Origin: Yuukianura sp. NJ FZ-2021
Taxonomy: Eukaryota
Assembly (NCBI GenBank): GCA_046563655.1
Contig: CM102283.1
Span: forward strand, 1,860,001-1,924,000
Length of the DNA stretch: 64,000 nucleotides
Direction of reading: 5' to 3'
Of the stretch, positions 39,901-52,314 are shown in pieces. A program made the position numbers and the translations under genes. Positions within the stretch are counted from its first letter, which is position 1. Every line of letters begins with the position of its first letter. The notes below the pieces were generated by a model. That model saw only the letters and a list, made by a program, of their open reading frames with translations, was not told where the DNA came from and searched no databases.

Positions 39901-42444
39901 TTCGTTTTTCTTCCCGCTTTTTTTTGAACATGACAGTAATGACTCTCGAGGAAAGTCAAAAGGACAAAATTCAAAAGATGAAACTGAAGAAAGTTCTTTT
40001 GTGTATCCAAAGTAAATTCTTTTATTTGGATGAAACCTGAGACAATGTCTTAGATCTTTCGTGTGTTAAAAGCAAATCAATCAAGAAACTCTGAAAGATA
40101 CTTTCACCGAATATAAAACCAACCGCGCCCAAAAAATTCAAAAGTTGCCGCTCTTTGTACATACGTTGTGCAGAATTTGACTATTCAAAAAAAGAAAAGC
40201 CAGCCGGAAATGAAGCGACGTTTCTATTCTTTACGTTCACTTTCACAATGAATCACAATTTCACAATTTCTCAAAAATTGAGTTTTTGAACATTTTCCAC
40301 CAGATTTGAAGTTTGGAAGTTCATTGTGGAAGTGGAGAAGTTCAAAATTCAAAAATTGATGCTCCAAAATAAGTCTGACGGTGAAAGCGAAAAATAAATG
40401 TGAAAGTGAAAGCGAGAACACAGAACCGCACTCTGTGTTAACTTTATTTGCATCTTTTGATCTTATCTTTTCATGATCCTACTTAGCAAAAAGCCTCTTA
40501 GGCATTAATTAGACTTTTACTTTTAATTGGTTCATTAAAGCTTTTGAAATGACATTTTCTCCTTGGTTCATTTTTCATTGAAAGTGCTAATTGGGTAGCA
40601 CCAGCATAAAAGGTGGGAGAACTGAAAAGAGCGGGCAATTAATAGTTTGAAAATAGCGTGACATTTTTCGAACTAATTTCTTCTCGCGCGTTTTTTTTTC
40701 TTTGCATTTTTACCTGTACGAATGAAACGGCTCGGATCGCATGTGACGGGAAATTGAGAACGAGAAAAACGGTGGACACGAGCAAAAGTGTTTTGGTGAC
40801 ACGAACTTCAGCGGCGGATGACGCTTGGCCACATCTGAGCCCTCCACCTCCTCCTCCTCCTCCGCCTCCTCCTCCTCCTCCATGTCCAGGAGGCGATCTA
40901 CAAGTACGTCTCTGCCCACTGAAGATTCCTGGGAGTCTGCGTGACCTTTGACCTGATCCGTTACAAGTAGTGCAACACAATGTACTACTCGTTGTAGATG
41001 CTCCGTTTTGTAGAATTGGACCTGGATGGGATTGGGCCACATTGAGACTGATGGTTACACGGGTTTTGTCGGCTGAATTGATGGAGTTGGATCGATTCAT
41101 GGTTGAAGAAGCTGCAACGATAGTTTCTCGTTGACCTTTGAACTTCCAGACGCATAGGGTAATTCGAATGTTGAGAAACATTATGGCAAAGAAAGGAACA
41201 ATGAGAGTGAAAATGGTGTCCAGAGTGTTGGCGGTCATGGAGAACTCGTGGTAATCGTCTGGAACGGAACACACAAACTGAATGTGTGTGTAACTCCCAT
41301 TGCTGTCGGTCTGATTTTGAAAATCTGAAAAAAAAATGACAAAACCGTACAAAATTCACCTTCCTAACTTTCACCTTTTTCACCCCCTGAAAACGGGGAA
41401 AAAATTAATATTTTAGAAAACGGTTTCAAAAAATTCCTAAACCAAAGGAAAAAACAAATTGGATTTTCAATTCAGTGATCAAAAGAATACAGGAGGTAAA
41501 AAGTACACAGATTTTAAAAACAAATAAAAATAATATACGTTACACAAAATACACGCATTCAAAAAACACAAGTATTAAAAATACACACGTCTTCAACAAA
41601 ATTACCGACATGGTACTCGAAACACACTCGTCAAAAAACTACGCAAATCCAAAAATACATGTACCTACAAAACACGTACTAGAATACACACCACGGATCC
41701 AGAACAAGGTTTGTTTACTTTGATTTTCTAAAAATAAAATACACTTTTAGTTCGAAAAACCACCCCGCTTAAATTGTTTTTAGGTTAAAACTTTTTTCAT
41801 TTTCATCAAAATTCTTCAAATTGAAACTGTTTTCGACGCTACAGTTTGATACTATTTTAAACTTGCTATTATTAGCCAAAATTAGTGTATATTCATAAGT
41901 GGAACAACTTACCTGTCAAAGACAGTGACCCACTTTCCGTGTTTACTCCACCGCCGTGCCCCACACTATCGTAGTCTGGTGGGTTCAGCTCCACCGCAAT
42001 CGGAATCACCGCAGCTATGACCCACACGTACGAAAACACCACCAGAGCCACCACCGTCAGAATTCCAATCACTCTCTTGGCTCTGGCCACAGTACAGACG
42101 GTGGGTCGAGTCAACGGATACACCACAGCACAGAATCGTTCACACGTAAATGCCACCACTAACCACACCGACAGGAAACAAGTCACTTGACCCAGGTACA
42201 TGATGAGTGGGCATGTCACTCGCGTGGTAATGACTTCGTAGCCCTTGTCACTCAACCACACTGCAAATAAGTTAATTAGAAATCCCGTGTCGGAGATGGC
42301 CAGAGCTGCCAAGTAGTAAGATGAAGACAGATTGCGGTGACCCGAGGTCATGAAGAACACGGCCACTGAGAGACTGTTCCCAATAGCACCGAAGAGGCAG
42401 AGCGGTGGAGTGTAAAACTGATCCACGGTCTTGGCCAACTCCAT
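36974..42444 (-). CDS. CNMaR: Class A neuropeptide GPCR, CNMamide receptor-like
   Basis: Exons 42444-41913, 41324-40714, 37432-36974. Motifs FYTPP..GAIGNSLSVAVF, LSSSYYLAALAISDTGFL, FLSVWLVVAFTCERF..V.YPL.R..CTVARAK, VTKTLLLVSTVFLVLNFPS and TNFSVNFLLYCVSGRNFR. Poly-Gly in ICL3. An upstream exon is possible (acceptor at ~42476). Confidence 0.82.
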
Positions 42445-44672
42445 GATCTTTTGACGTGGGCCGACGACCCAGAGCTAGAAAAAGTAAAAGCAAAGGTCAT
42501 TAATCTTTGGAAGAATGATGAACATGTCAGGTTGAGTAGCAGAGGAGCAGAAAAAAACTTTTAGCCTAACGTAAACTTGTGGTAGGTTAACCTTAATATA
42601 ACCTGAAGTGTTAACATAACTTGAAGAGTGTTAGGTTAACCTAAAACGACGTCAGTAGTGACGAGGCGGGAAACTTCAAAACCAAACACTTTTCAAAAAA
42701 AAAGTTTCGAACGGGAGAGCAAAAATTGGAGTAGGGCTTAGCAGCTTAAGTTCGTTGAGCGACGTATTTTCAAACTTGAAGACAAAGCGGCCAACCGAAC
42801 CAAAATTTCCGACTGGAGAAACCCTAAAAAGGTCGAAATTTTGAATTCACTGTTCAAAATTTTGAATTCACTTTTCAAAATTTTGAGAACAAAGCAAACC
42901 TATGCTATACTTTCCAAACTTACAATTAGTCACTACATAAGCAGCTTATTATTCTACTCCATTCATGTAGGTATTCATTATATTAAAACCCGCTTTGTCC
43001 TAAATATTCTAAAGTTTCTAAAGAAATAAATGAAAGTCTGAAATTAGCAAATTATTTTTATAATAGTCTTCTTCAGTAAATCGTAGACGTGCGTCTGCAG
43101 AAGACTAAAAAGCAATTTTCGAATTCAAAAAAAAGAATTTTTTTTGCACCTTTTGAGAAAATAGGCGGTTTTTCTGGAAGAGCTAACAAAACACACGATC
43201 GTTTTAATTGCGCAAAAAACTTCACAAATACATTCACAGTGAACATAATATTAAAAACATTTTTTTTTAAATTCAAATGACTTGAGAAATTAAAATTAAC
43301 CAAACTTTTCTGGAAGAGTTAACAAAGGCACGCGATCGCTTTAATTAAAAAAAAAAACTTCACAAAAGGTTGAAGGGTAAAGACAAACTTTTTCCGAAAT
43401 TTTGGAAGTTTTCAAAATGTCAAGAGATTTTAATTAAGCTGTAATTCCAAACGGATGGTGAGGACCATTGTTCAAATGATATTTCTTTGAGTTGTACTTA
43501 CGTTAGTTTAATGTTAATTACAAAGGTTAAGTTTGGGTAATTATAATACCGTAATCGTAAGTGAGAGTGAAAGCTGACGTTGTTCTCACAATAATACGAT
43601 TTAACTTGTGCCAAATGACGCTTGTACCTCTCTTTTAACAGTAAAATTAAACGTGTTTTGTTTTCTTAAGGCGATTTTTTTCCTAAATTGGAAAACTGAA
43701 GTGTTTACGAAAGGCCTTCCGGCAGAACTCTGCTTTCTAGAGTTGTTCGCTCAGCGCCGAAACCGTAAAAAGCGAAAGGTTAGAAAAAGCGTCAGCGCTT
43801 TCTTGAATGTTGCTTTATAATTTAAAAATAATTTAAAAATTTAATTGAAAATTTGAAATTGAACTGATCTTAAGATTTTTAATTTGCTTTTGATGGGAGC
43901 TGTGACGTTAAAACTAGGGCTGTTCATGTTCCGGTATCAGAACTTATTTAATTATTTCCGGTGTCGTTTCGTTTCCACATTTTTTGGAAACGAACTTTCG
44001 GTTCCGTTTCCGTTTCGGTTCCAGAGTAGAGACACTACAGTTACAAGAACATTTTGAATTTGAAGTGGCTGAAACATAACGAGCGAATAAACAAAAGTAG
44101 TGTGACACATAGTCACATTTTATAAATTTCAAAAGAAAAGTTGAAAATACACCAAAAGTTGTTCAAAAAGTGGCTCACCTCAGTACTAATGGCAATTTTG
44201 GGTATGAGAAAATAAGTTTTCAAAAAATTAAATTTATAAGCACACAGCACTCAAGTAATTAGAGAGAACGCTGAATGCTTGATTCCAGCACATTACATTA
44301 GTATTGGATCCAGAATTTTAAAAATTGGCTTCTCCAGTACAACACACTCCTGACGTCCTGTTCCGCTCAAATCGGATGTTGAAATGAACCACTTTTTTGG
44401 CGTCGGAAGGGGATGATACTGCTCTAGTGTAGGAGAAAGGGTGATTGACGCCGCCGCGGTTCACCGGACGGTGGAACAACGGTTCCACGGTCATTAAGGT
44501 GGCATTGCGGCAAGGGCCATAGGCATAATGGTCTCCGTGTGGAGGCTACTGTGCCTTTAATGTTCCAGAATGCTGTCAGTACTTTACTTTGTGGACTTTA
44601 CTTTATTTTTAATGGGCCTGACTTTAGTTTTTTTTAGCAATTCTATTTTGTATTTTGCTAGTTTTTATTTGT

Positions 44673-45278
44673 TTAGCACTCGGCGGGTGGCGTGAAAGTG
44701 GCCAGTTCTCCTTCTTCAAGCGATGGCGGAAAGGCGTTGAAGAACAAACGTCCAGATTTCAAAATCTAAAAAGAGAACTACGACTGTTAACAGTTCAATG
44801 AACAAGTCCAGCAATTATACTTACGTAGGCGATTGTAAAGCCAAAGTAGAGGATCCCAGCGATCAGTTGACGATTGTAGTTGCCTTGTTTCATTTTATGG
44901 TGAGCAAGCCAAGATCCAGATGGAACCGGCATCTCGTCCAAATGCGGTGGTTTGAAGTCATCTTGAGCTTTGTACACAGACCCATGCCGAACTAATAAAC
45001 AACAAACATTTAAAAAACACACATTAATTTAAAGCCTCGGAAATTCTGTTCTTAATTAACGTCTGAAATCTTAAACGCTTTCGTACTCTGACAAGTACTC
45101 TGTGAAAGTCATACACTTTTGCAAACCTTTACAACGAACTTGTACAGGAGGCATTGTACAAGACGTTCCAACCAGCTGTTAATCTTGAATGAAAATTACC
45201 TGTTTGAGTAACGACAGCTGACTTGAATGCTCGGTAACCCCGGCCAACAGTGATAGCGGAACGAAATGAGACCACCAT
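44673..45278 (-). CDS. Deltamethrin-resistance prag01-domain small mitochondrial membrane protein (COX7B-like, cf. Drosophila CG7630)
   Basis: Three exons (45278-45200, ~44991-44825, ~44765-44673). Basic targeting-like N-terminus, LDEMPVPSGSW....KQGNYN motif, one TM helix. Confidence 0.75.
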
Positions 45279-46032
45279 TTTCCTAGATACCTTTCTACGT
45301 CTGACGCCTGCGATGTGGGATGTGGCGACGGTTCCTTCCCTTAATAAACGTTCACACAGGAGGTTGTACTGATTAGGAAGGATACAAGTTACAAGACTAA
45401 GATTGTCAGCGTAGTTACCTGAAAAGTGATTGTTCACTTTGCGAAGGAATACGAACCAGCCGAAAATGTGTACTAACCGGTCTACCTGTCAGTTGTCACG
45501 GATAAGAACTCAGCGAGGAATTAATCGCTTCAACAACTCGATTCGATAACTTACATAAAACGAAAAGTAAAACCGGTCGCCAAACAAAGAAATCCACCAA
45601 ATCGAAGGCCAATCCGCCTAACTCTTGGTTGAGGTAAGCTTTAAGCATACGAATGTACTACCACTTTCGGGTAGATTTACAGTGTTATAGAACTTAAATA
45701 TTTCATGTTTCAATTAAAAACTAAAGAAACTGAAATTATAATAACTGAAAAAAAAACGTTAAATGAAAACACCTATTAGACAATTAGGGGGAAAACAGTC
45801 GCTAAATTATCGACGTAGAAACTGTAAAAACTGCGAGCTTTCAATTTTTATGGTTGGTGACATCGGTGCCGCTCTACAGCAGACCGAATTTTCCACCAAA
45901 ACATTAATTATGGGGTTTAGACGAAGAAGTTTTCTTGTCGTTGCCAAGAAAATAACTTCGAGTTGCTGATTAGAATTGGAGGTGCTAATTTGTAAAAATT
46001 ACTGTCGGTCTGTCCGTTTCAAACGTTTAATA

Positions 46033-46658
46033 TTTCCATAAAAAATGGAAAATGCACTATAGTAAATTTGTTAGCCTAATCCTGACTTTTTCCAAAAGTC
46101 CTTCTGTAGAAAGTTAGAAGGTGTAATGGTGTTCTTAAATATCAATATTTTGGAATTTTTTAAATTTCTATAAAAAAGGAAAATGCACTGTAGTGAATTT
46201 GTTAGAGTAATCCTGACTTTTTCCAAAAGTGCTTCTGTAGAAAGTTAGAAGGTGTAATGGTGTTTTTAAAAATCAATATTTTGGAATTTTTTAAATTTCC
46301 ATAAAAAAGGAAAATGCACTGTAGTGAATTTGTTAGCCTAATCCTGACTTTTTCCAAAAGTGCTTCTGTAGAAAGTTAGAAGGTGTAATGGTGTTTTTAA
46401 AAATCAATATTTTGGAATTTTTTAAATTTCCATAAAAAAGGAAAATGCATTGTAGTGAATTTGTTAGCCTAATCCTGACTTTTTCCAAAAGTCCTTCTGT
46501 AGAAAGTTAGAAGGTGTAATGGTGTTTTTAAAAATCAATATTTTGGAATTTTTTAAATTTCCATAAAAAAGGAAAATGCATTGTAGTGAATTTGTTAGCC
46601 TAATCCTGAGTTTTTCCAAAAGTCCTTCTGTAGAAAGTTAGAAGATGTGATGGTGTTT
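46033..46658. repeat. Minisatellite, 131-bp unit x ~4.8
   Basis: Units begin at 46033, 46165, 46296, 46427 and 46558 (TTTCCATAAAAAAGGAAAATGCA...GTAGAAAGTTAGAAGGTGTAATGGTG...). They differ by only a few substitutions. Confidence 0.95.
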
Positions 46659-47627
46659 AAATAAAAAAAATTGCAATTTTAATTATTAAAATTGCAAAAT
46701 TGACAAAGTAGCACGAATAAGTAGCTAGGTACGTGAGATGTCTAGTTTATTTAGCTGTGGGTTACAGAGATTTAAATCTTTATAAATCCTGATTTTGGCA
46801 TTCAATTATAATGCAATTTATAAATTTAACTTAACGTTTCCTCCAGCAAACGTGTCGTGTTATTTTTGATTCCGGCCCACAATGCATCGCAGACACACAC
46901 GTATTAGACATTTTTAGCAATAAGGCGCTGCACTAGCTGCGGTATGTGGAGACAATGCTGCTGCGTAATCCTTCCGGCAGCCTTAGTTTCATCACGAAAA
47001 TTCCAAGTCCGCGGAATTCTGTCTCACACAAGTAACAAAGTACAAATGGTGATCACGATTGTATGAACAGTACAGTATCCATTGAATTCTTGTTTGACAT
47101 TAGTTAATAATCACTTTCAATTAATTAATGATAATTAACTCAATAGCGATTGTTTTTGCATAGTTCAGTTAACGATTAATTTTAATTTCATCAGTATATA
47201 AGGCGTAAACATGGAATGCCAGTTTGTAAACTGGAACTGGATTCCGGACAAAATGCATAACATTCAAAATGGCTGATTAAACAAGTAACTTTAAATGGGA
47301 AGTAACTAAAATTATTCTTACACATTGCAATCCAGTGTAAATTAATAATTACTGAACAATTGTACTGAAGTGATTGTCTATGGATATTAAGGTTAATAAT
47401 AATAACTTCGACACTTTGATTGAACTTTGTAAGAGTGAAAAGTGATTAATAAATGTTGATGAATTAATTGTTGTGTCAGTCCTTTGTGTGTGCGTGTGTC
47501 TGTCTTAAAAATGAACATACAGAAGCCAAGAAGACTTAACATGTTACGAATTTAGAGTAATAATTAATTTGAAATATTAGGAAAAGCGTCATTTTAGATC
47601 CGTGGATCCGTCGTTTGAACTTTCACA

Positions 47628-48448
47628 TCAAAGAATGGTGCAACCCGATTTCTTGGGCTTTCGAATCTGGGGACACAGAACAGCTCTGATCGCTTCATCA
47701 AAAACTGTTTTGAGGCCTTTCTGGGTCAATGCTGAGCATTCTAGAAACTTAACGGATCCGATTTCCTTGGCCATCGATAAACCCTAAATGAAAACAAAAT
47801 TTTAATAATGCACAATTTAAAAAATTCGTAATCATTTCACTCTCCTCCGTCCTTCTCCATCGTACCTGTTGATAGGCAATTGGATTTAATTTCTTATCCT
47901 TTAGTTTCTCCAGTGTAACTTTGTCATCACGCAAATCTAGCTTGGTTCCTACCAAAATCGTAGGTGTGTTTGGACAATGGTGACGAACTTCAGGATACCA
48001 CTACAAGAAAACCAAGTCGTTAGTCAATTAATGAACTCATTATCAATTATTGATACCTCCAGAATAGTAAGCTCACCTTCGCTCGAACGTTTTCGAAACT
48101 GGCTGGATTAACTAAACTGAAACAAATAAGAAAGACGTCTGTCTGTGGATACGACAGAGGTCGAAGTCTGTCATAATCTTCTTGACCAGCCGTATCCCAA
48201 AGTCCAAGATTAATTGGTTTTCCATCCACCATGACATTGGCCGAGTAATTGTCAAAAACTGTCGGGATATACTCTCCTGGAAATGCATTTGTTGTGTAAG
48301 AAATGAGGAGACAGGTTTTACCAACAGCCCTGTACAAAAATGGAGCACGATTAATTTCTTAATTCTTAGTTAACTTGTGTTTTCCTAATAACTTATTACT
48401 ATGTACTACTTACCCGTCCCCTACCACGACACACTTGATTGCTTGCAT
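47628..48448 (-). CDS. Rac1: Rho-family GTPase Rac1 (192 aa)
   Basis: Exons 48448-48414, 48329-48077, 48000-47866, 47783-47628 total 579 nt. [40 protein letters not shown]...; CAAX box CTIL*. Confidence 0.97.
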
Positions 48449-49939
48449 TGTGTAAACTGATTGGACTCAAAAGCACCAGTTTCAAGACGTCCAATTCACA
48501 AGTTCACACTGGTACCCCTGCCGTCCCGGGCCACTAATAAGGTGTACTGATCTGCAAGAACCAAAAACGATAAACAGATGAAATTATTGAAATTCAACAT
48601 GCAGTTTTGTCATTCAAAACCAGTTCAACTACTCCCTTAAAACCAAACAGTTTTATGTCAACTTGCACCGTCACCGTCAATCAAAGTATACTCAAAATTA
48701 CACCTAATAGTCGGGTTACACGAATCCAAGTGGAAGTGGAACCACTAGTAAATGGATAATAGGAAGAAACCCAATGTCATGACCATGATAAGATAGCGAA
48801 AACACATATTAAACCACCACTTAATAGCAGTGTTATAACTGTGTAAGGTCATAAAGTATAAATCATTTTTCTCCTTTCTAGACCAACTTATGCAACAGGT
48901 AAATCAGAACTGGATTACTACAGGGCAGGGCTGGAATCGAAAAAAATCAATAATTACAAAAGTAATTTAATACCTAACACGTCAAAATTCAAAAATGATT
49001 AATTTTGAAAGTACCTTCAAACTCTAAGGACAAAGTATTGTAAGCACTTGACAGGTTGACACACTTTGGTCTTTGGTCCAGTAGTCAAGAAGATTAACCC
49101 TACCGAACTTAACCCTTGACCTACAAACTTCTATTTTCCGTATTCAATTCACTATCATTGATGAATCAAAGGCAACAAACCAAATTACTGATGATTCCTC
49201 TAAACAAAACAAAGTCAAAATCAACTTACAAAGTCAAAAGTAATCAATCGTGATTCGTGATCGTAAAGATTAGATTTTTTTCTGATTTGAATTCTGTGTA
49301 TATTCCTGTATTCATACTAATCCCTTCCCATCCCATTCATCTCCTGTTGCTCTTGCACTGTCGTACGCGTACCATTTGCCTGTATTCCTTGAACAGTAAT
49401 TGAACTCTTGAACTTTTCAACCAATTGCTGATTCTGATCATGGTCATCTCATAGTTAAAGGTGATTACATACCAGCATGTTAATTAATTACAGTCTCAGT
49501 AGATTAATGGGTTAAATTTCAAATCACTTTAGCTTACCCCAGTGGTTTTGTAGCAAGATGAGCCAATTTGTGGACGGGATTTTCCTTGTGAATTTTTAGA
49601 GCCACTCCCAATTACTTTCCGACTGCAACAAGAGAAATGCTAAAATGTGACTAAAAAGTGGACCAAACTGAGGCAAGGAAGGGTGACTGACAACTGAACA
49701 ACACACAAGACATGAATGTTAACAAAAAAGGAAAACCAAGGAGCAACTTTTAAGTAAGAAGCTTCATTCGACCAAGGAATTTACGTGCAGTGTGGGATTA
49801 ATCAGAAACGAACTATGACAGAATTAGTTGTAATTTAAGGGCATAAGCATTGCATCATGTCCATATCCATTCCCCACATCCAACACCGCGCACCGGTAGT
49901 GATGGTTATGCTAATGGTAAGCAAGCAAAGCATCCAGAC

Positions 49940-50842
49940 CATAGATGGGCGTCCTCACTCAAAAAATCCTCAAAGAGGACGAAATCCTCAAAGAGGACAC
50001 GATTTTGGATGAGGATTGAGTATAGAGGATTTGAGGACCGATGGCCGGGAAGAGTATAGAGGATTGAAGTTTTGAGGATGGACTTTGAATGAGGATAGAG
50101 GTTTTGAGTATTTAAGGATACAGTATGAAGTGAGGATAGAGGATTAGAGTAGTTGAGGATTCACATTTACTTGAGGATTGAGTATTTTAGCACTCCTCAA
50201 TTTCGCAATTCCTAGCAAATTGAGTCAAATGAGACATCCCCAGACATCCCGCTAACAACCGCGGTTGTTTCAAAGTTGAGCATGAGCTTTGATCCTATTT
50301 CTTCTCTTCACTATTATTCTTTTGTATCATCAGCTGCCACTGCCAATAGTATAGTCCGAAGTGGTGTGTATCTAATTTAAATTAGTTAGTGAACAACATG
50401 TCGTCGAACTTAAAACAGGCAACACTCGAGTTTGGTCCTGTCGTGATTAATGACGAGGAAGTACAAGAAATCGAATCTTCGTCATCTGCAAAAGTTATCA
50501 ACAGTCTGCGTTACAAGAAAGTTACTGGTGGTGTTCCTGACGATGTTAGGTTAGGTTAATTAAATTGAATATTAGTCTGAAATAAAATTGACTTGGTGAA
50601 CCAAACTTTATATATAGTTATTTTCACTTAATTGAGGATAGAGGTTTAAGAATTTGAGGACATTATTGGGATTGAGGATAGAGGATTTGAGGTTTTAAGG
50701 ATTGGGATACCAATGAGGATGAGGTTTTGAAGATTTGAGGACTGGAAATCGAGTGAGGATAGAGGAGAAGAGTACTTGAGGATCGGGAATCGATTGAGGA
50801 TAGAGGATTTGAGGACGTCCTCTTTGAGGATGCCCATCTATG
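49940..50842. mobile_element. Non-autonomous DNA transposon (903 bp; hAT or P superfamily)
   Basis: TIR CATAGATGGGC(G/A)TCCTCA (17/18 match), perfect 8-bp TSD ATCCAGAC (49932-49939, 50843-50850) and dense subterminal GAGGAT repeats. Confidence 0.92.
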
Positions 50843-51248
50843 ATCCAGACTCCAGAGGTCGTTCGGTTATCCAAAACATGTTAAGTTAAGTTGTAAAAAC
50901 AAGTTTTTAAGCGGCGCCGACATGTCTAGCAACAAGTGTCCATAATCCAGTCCACTTTACGATATAAGCAAAGAACATTTACTTCAAGAACTTGGTAGAA
51001 ATAAAGCTAAAGCAAAGCTGACCGGGTATAGATGACTACAAACTACAAGCAGCCGCCATATTGAATTGATGAAAGCGTAGAATGCTTGTTTGTTGTTGAG
51101 GACTGACCTTTGGCAGATTTCCACACGGTTACGTTTCTGTATGAGACTGTGCCGCTTATGACCTGCCGGAAGAGTAACCCAAACTAAACTATGCATTCGA
51201 ATTGACCAATTGAAACTTAAGTGTTAATTAGTGGTTAATCTTTAAGTC

Positions 51249-51671
51249 TTACACGATGATGTTGTTGATTGGGATATGAATAAGCTTGACACAAAATCCA
51301 ATTACGCCCATCATCATGAATCCAATCGCTGTGGCTTTACACATTTGAACAAACTCTGAAATCAACAAGTGCAGTAATTAATTAACGTAGCTGAATGTCA
51401 GATTAATCGATGGTTAGGGCTTGATTGATGTAATGATGTAATTACCTTGTTTGCTTGGTTTCGTACAACGTTTGAGGAGTCGCATGGAGTCTTTGTAGAA
51501 GTAGTAGCACGGATTGGTCCACTCTTGGATACATTCTCCAACGTATCCTAGACGTGCGAGTCCAGAAAGTCTGGCGACAACCAGCATCATAAACACGCAG
51601 AGTCCGACAAATAGGATGTCCACAATGGACGAACCGATTCCCGGTTCGTACGGTTTAACTTCCTCAATCAT
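51249..51671 (-). CDS. SEC61G: Sec61 gamma-like translocon subunit with an N-terminal extension
   Basis: Spliced [53 protein letters not shown] is the Sec61g/SecE signature. It is preceded by ~45 extra residues with a hydrophobic stretch. The start is at 51671 or 51686. Confidence 0.85.
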
Positions 51672-52314
51672 TTTGACCTTTGACATGAAAAAAATAGATT
51701 CTTTATTACACTGTTTAACTCGTTGTTTCAATGTTAAAAGTTAGTCAATTGCTTACGGACAGTTTTCCTTCGTATCTTGTATCTCCCAGAGGAATCAGAG
51801 AGAGAGTAATTGATGATATCGACGTTTTTCAACAGCAAAGTTTGACGTGACACTTGACCTGGTCACCTTTGACCTTTAGAGACCGAAGAAACTAGACAAC
51901 GACAAGACACAAGAAAGACTGAATTGGATGGAAAATTAATTTGGCGGGAAAGGTGAATGACCTCCTTCATTCCTTTCGCTATTTTTTGCTCATTGTTCTC
52001 AAATCATTCCGAGAGATGGCGCTCAAAAGACGCTTAAATTGCCAAAACGCAAAAGTTTTGAAACTTAACTTCTAGTTTCGGTTAGTTAGTTAACCAAGAT
52101 GAGTGTTATTTTAGTTTGAGCATAATTCATAATAGTTGTTCGAAAAAATTTAACCGTTCAATAATATTTTTGAAAAGTTCGCGAACGTTTTGTACGCGAA
52201 AAGAATAACGTTTTGAAAACGTTGTTGCCGGCTTGGGGACATTAAATTCTTTATTGAATGGCGTGATATGGATAGCATATTCCAAATTCCAATCGATTTT
52301 TTAAAACAAAACAG

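Noticed and set aside
40841-40881. Poly-Pro/poly-Glu ORFs over a GGA repeat
   Set aside because: These are alternative-frame readings of the poly-Gly microsatellite in the receptor's third intracellular loop.
43165-43370. ~55-bp direct repeat pair, plus a 21-bp tandem at 42839
   Set aside because: Short local duplications with no TIR, TSD or LTR features.
44179-44600. GC-rich segment that might be a structured ncRNA
   Set aside because: No RNase P/MRP, snRNA or SRP signature was seen. A minus-strand donor at ~44178 suggests it may be a 5' UTR exon of the CNMaR-like gene.
46033-46658. Possible CRISPR array
   Set aside because: The units are contiguous 131-bp tandem copies with no unique spacers, the context is eukaryotic, and there are no cas genes.
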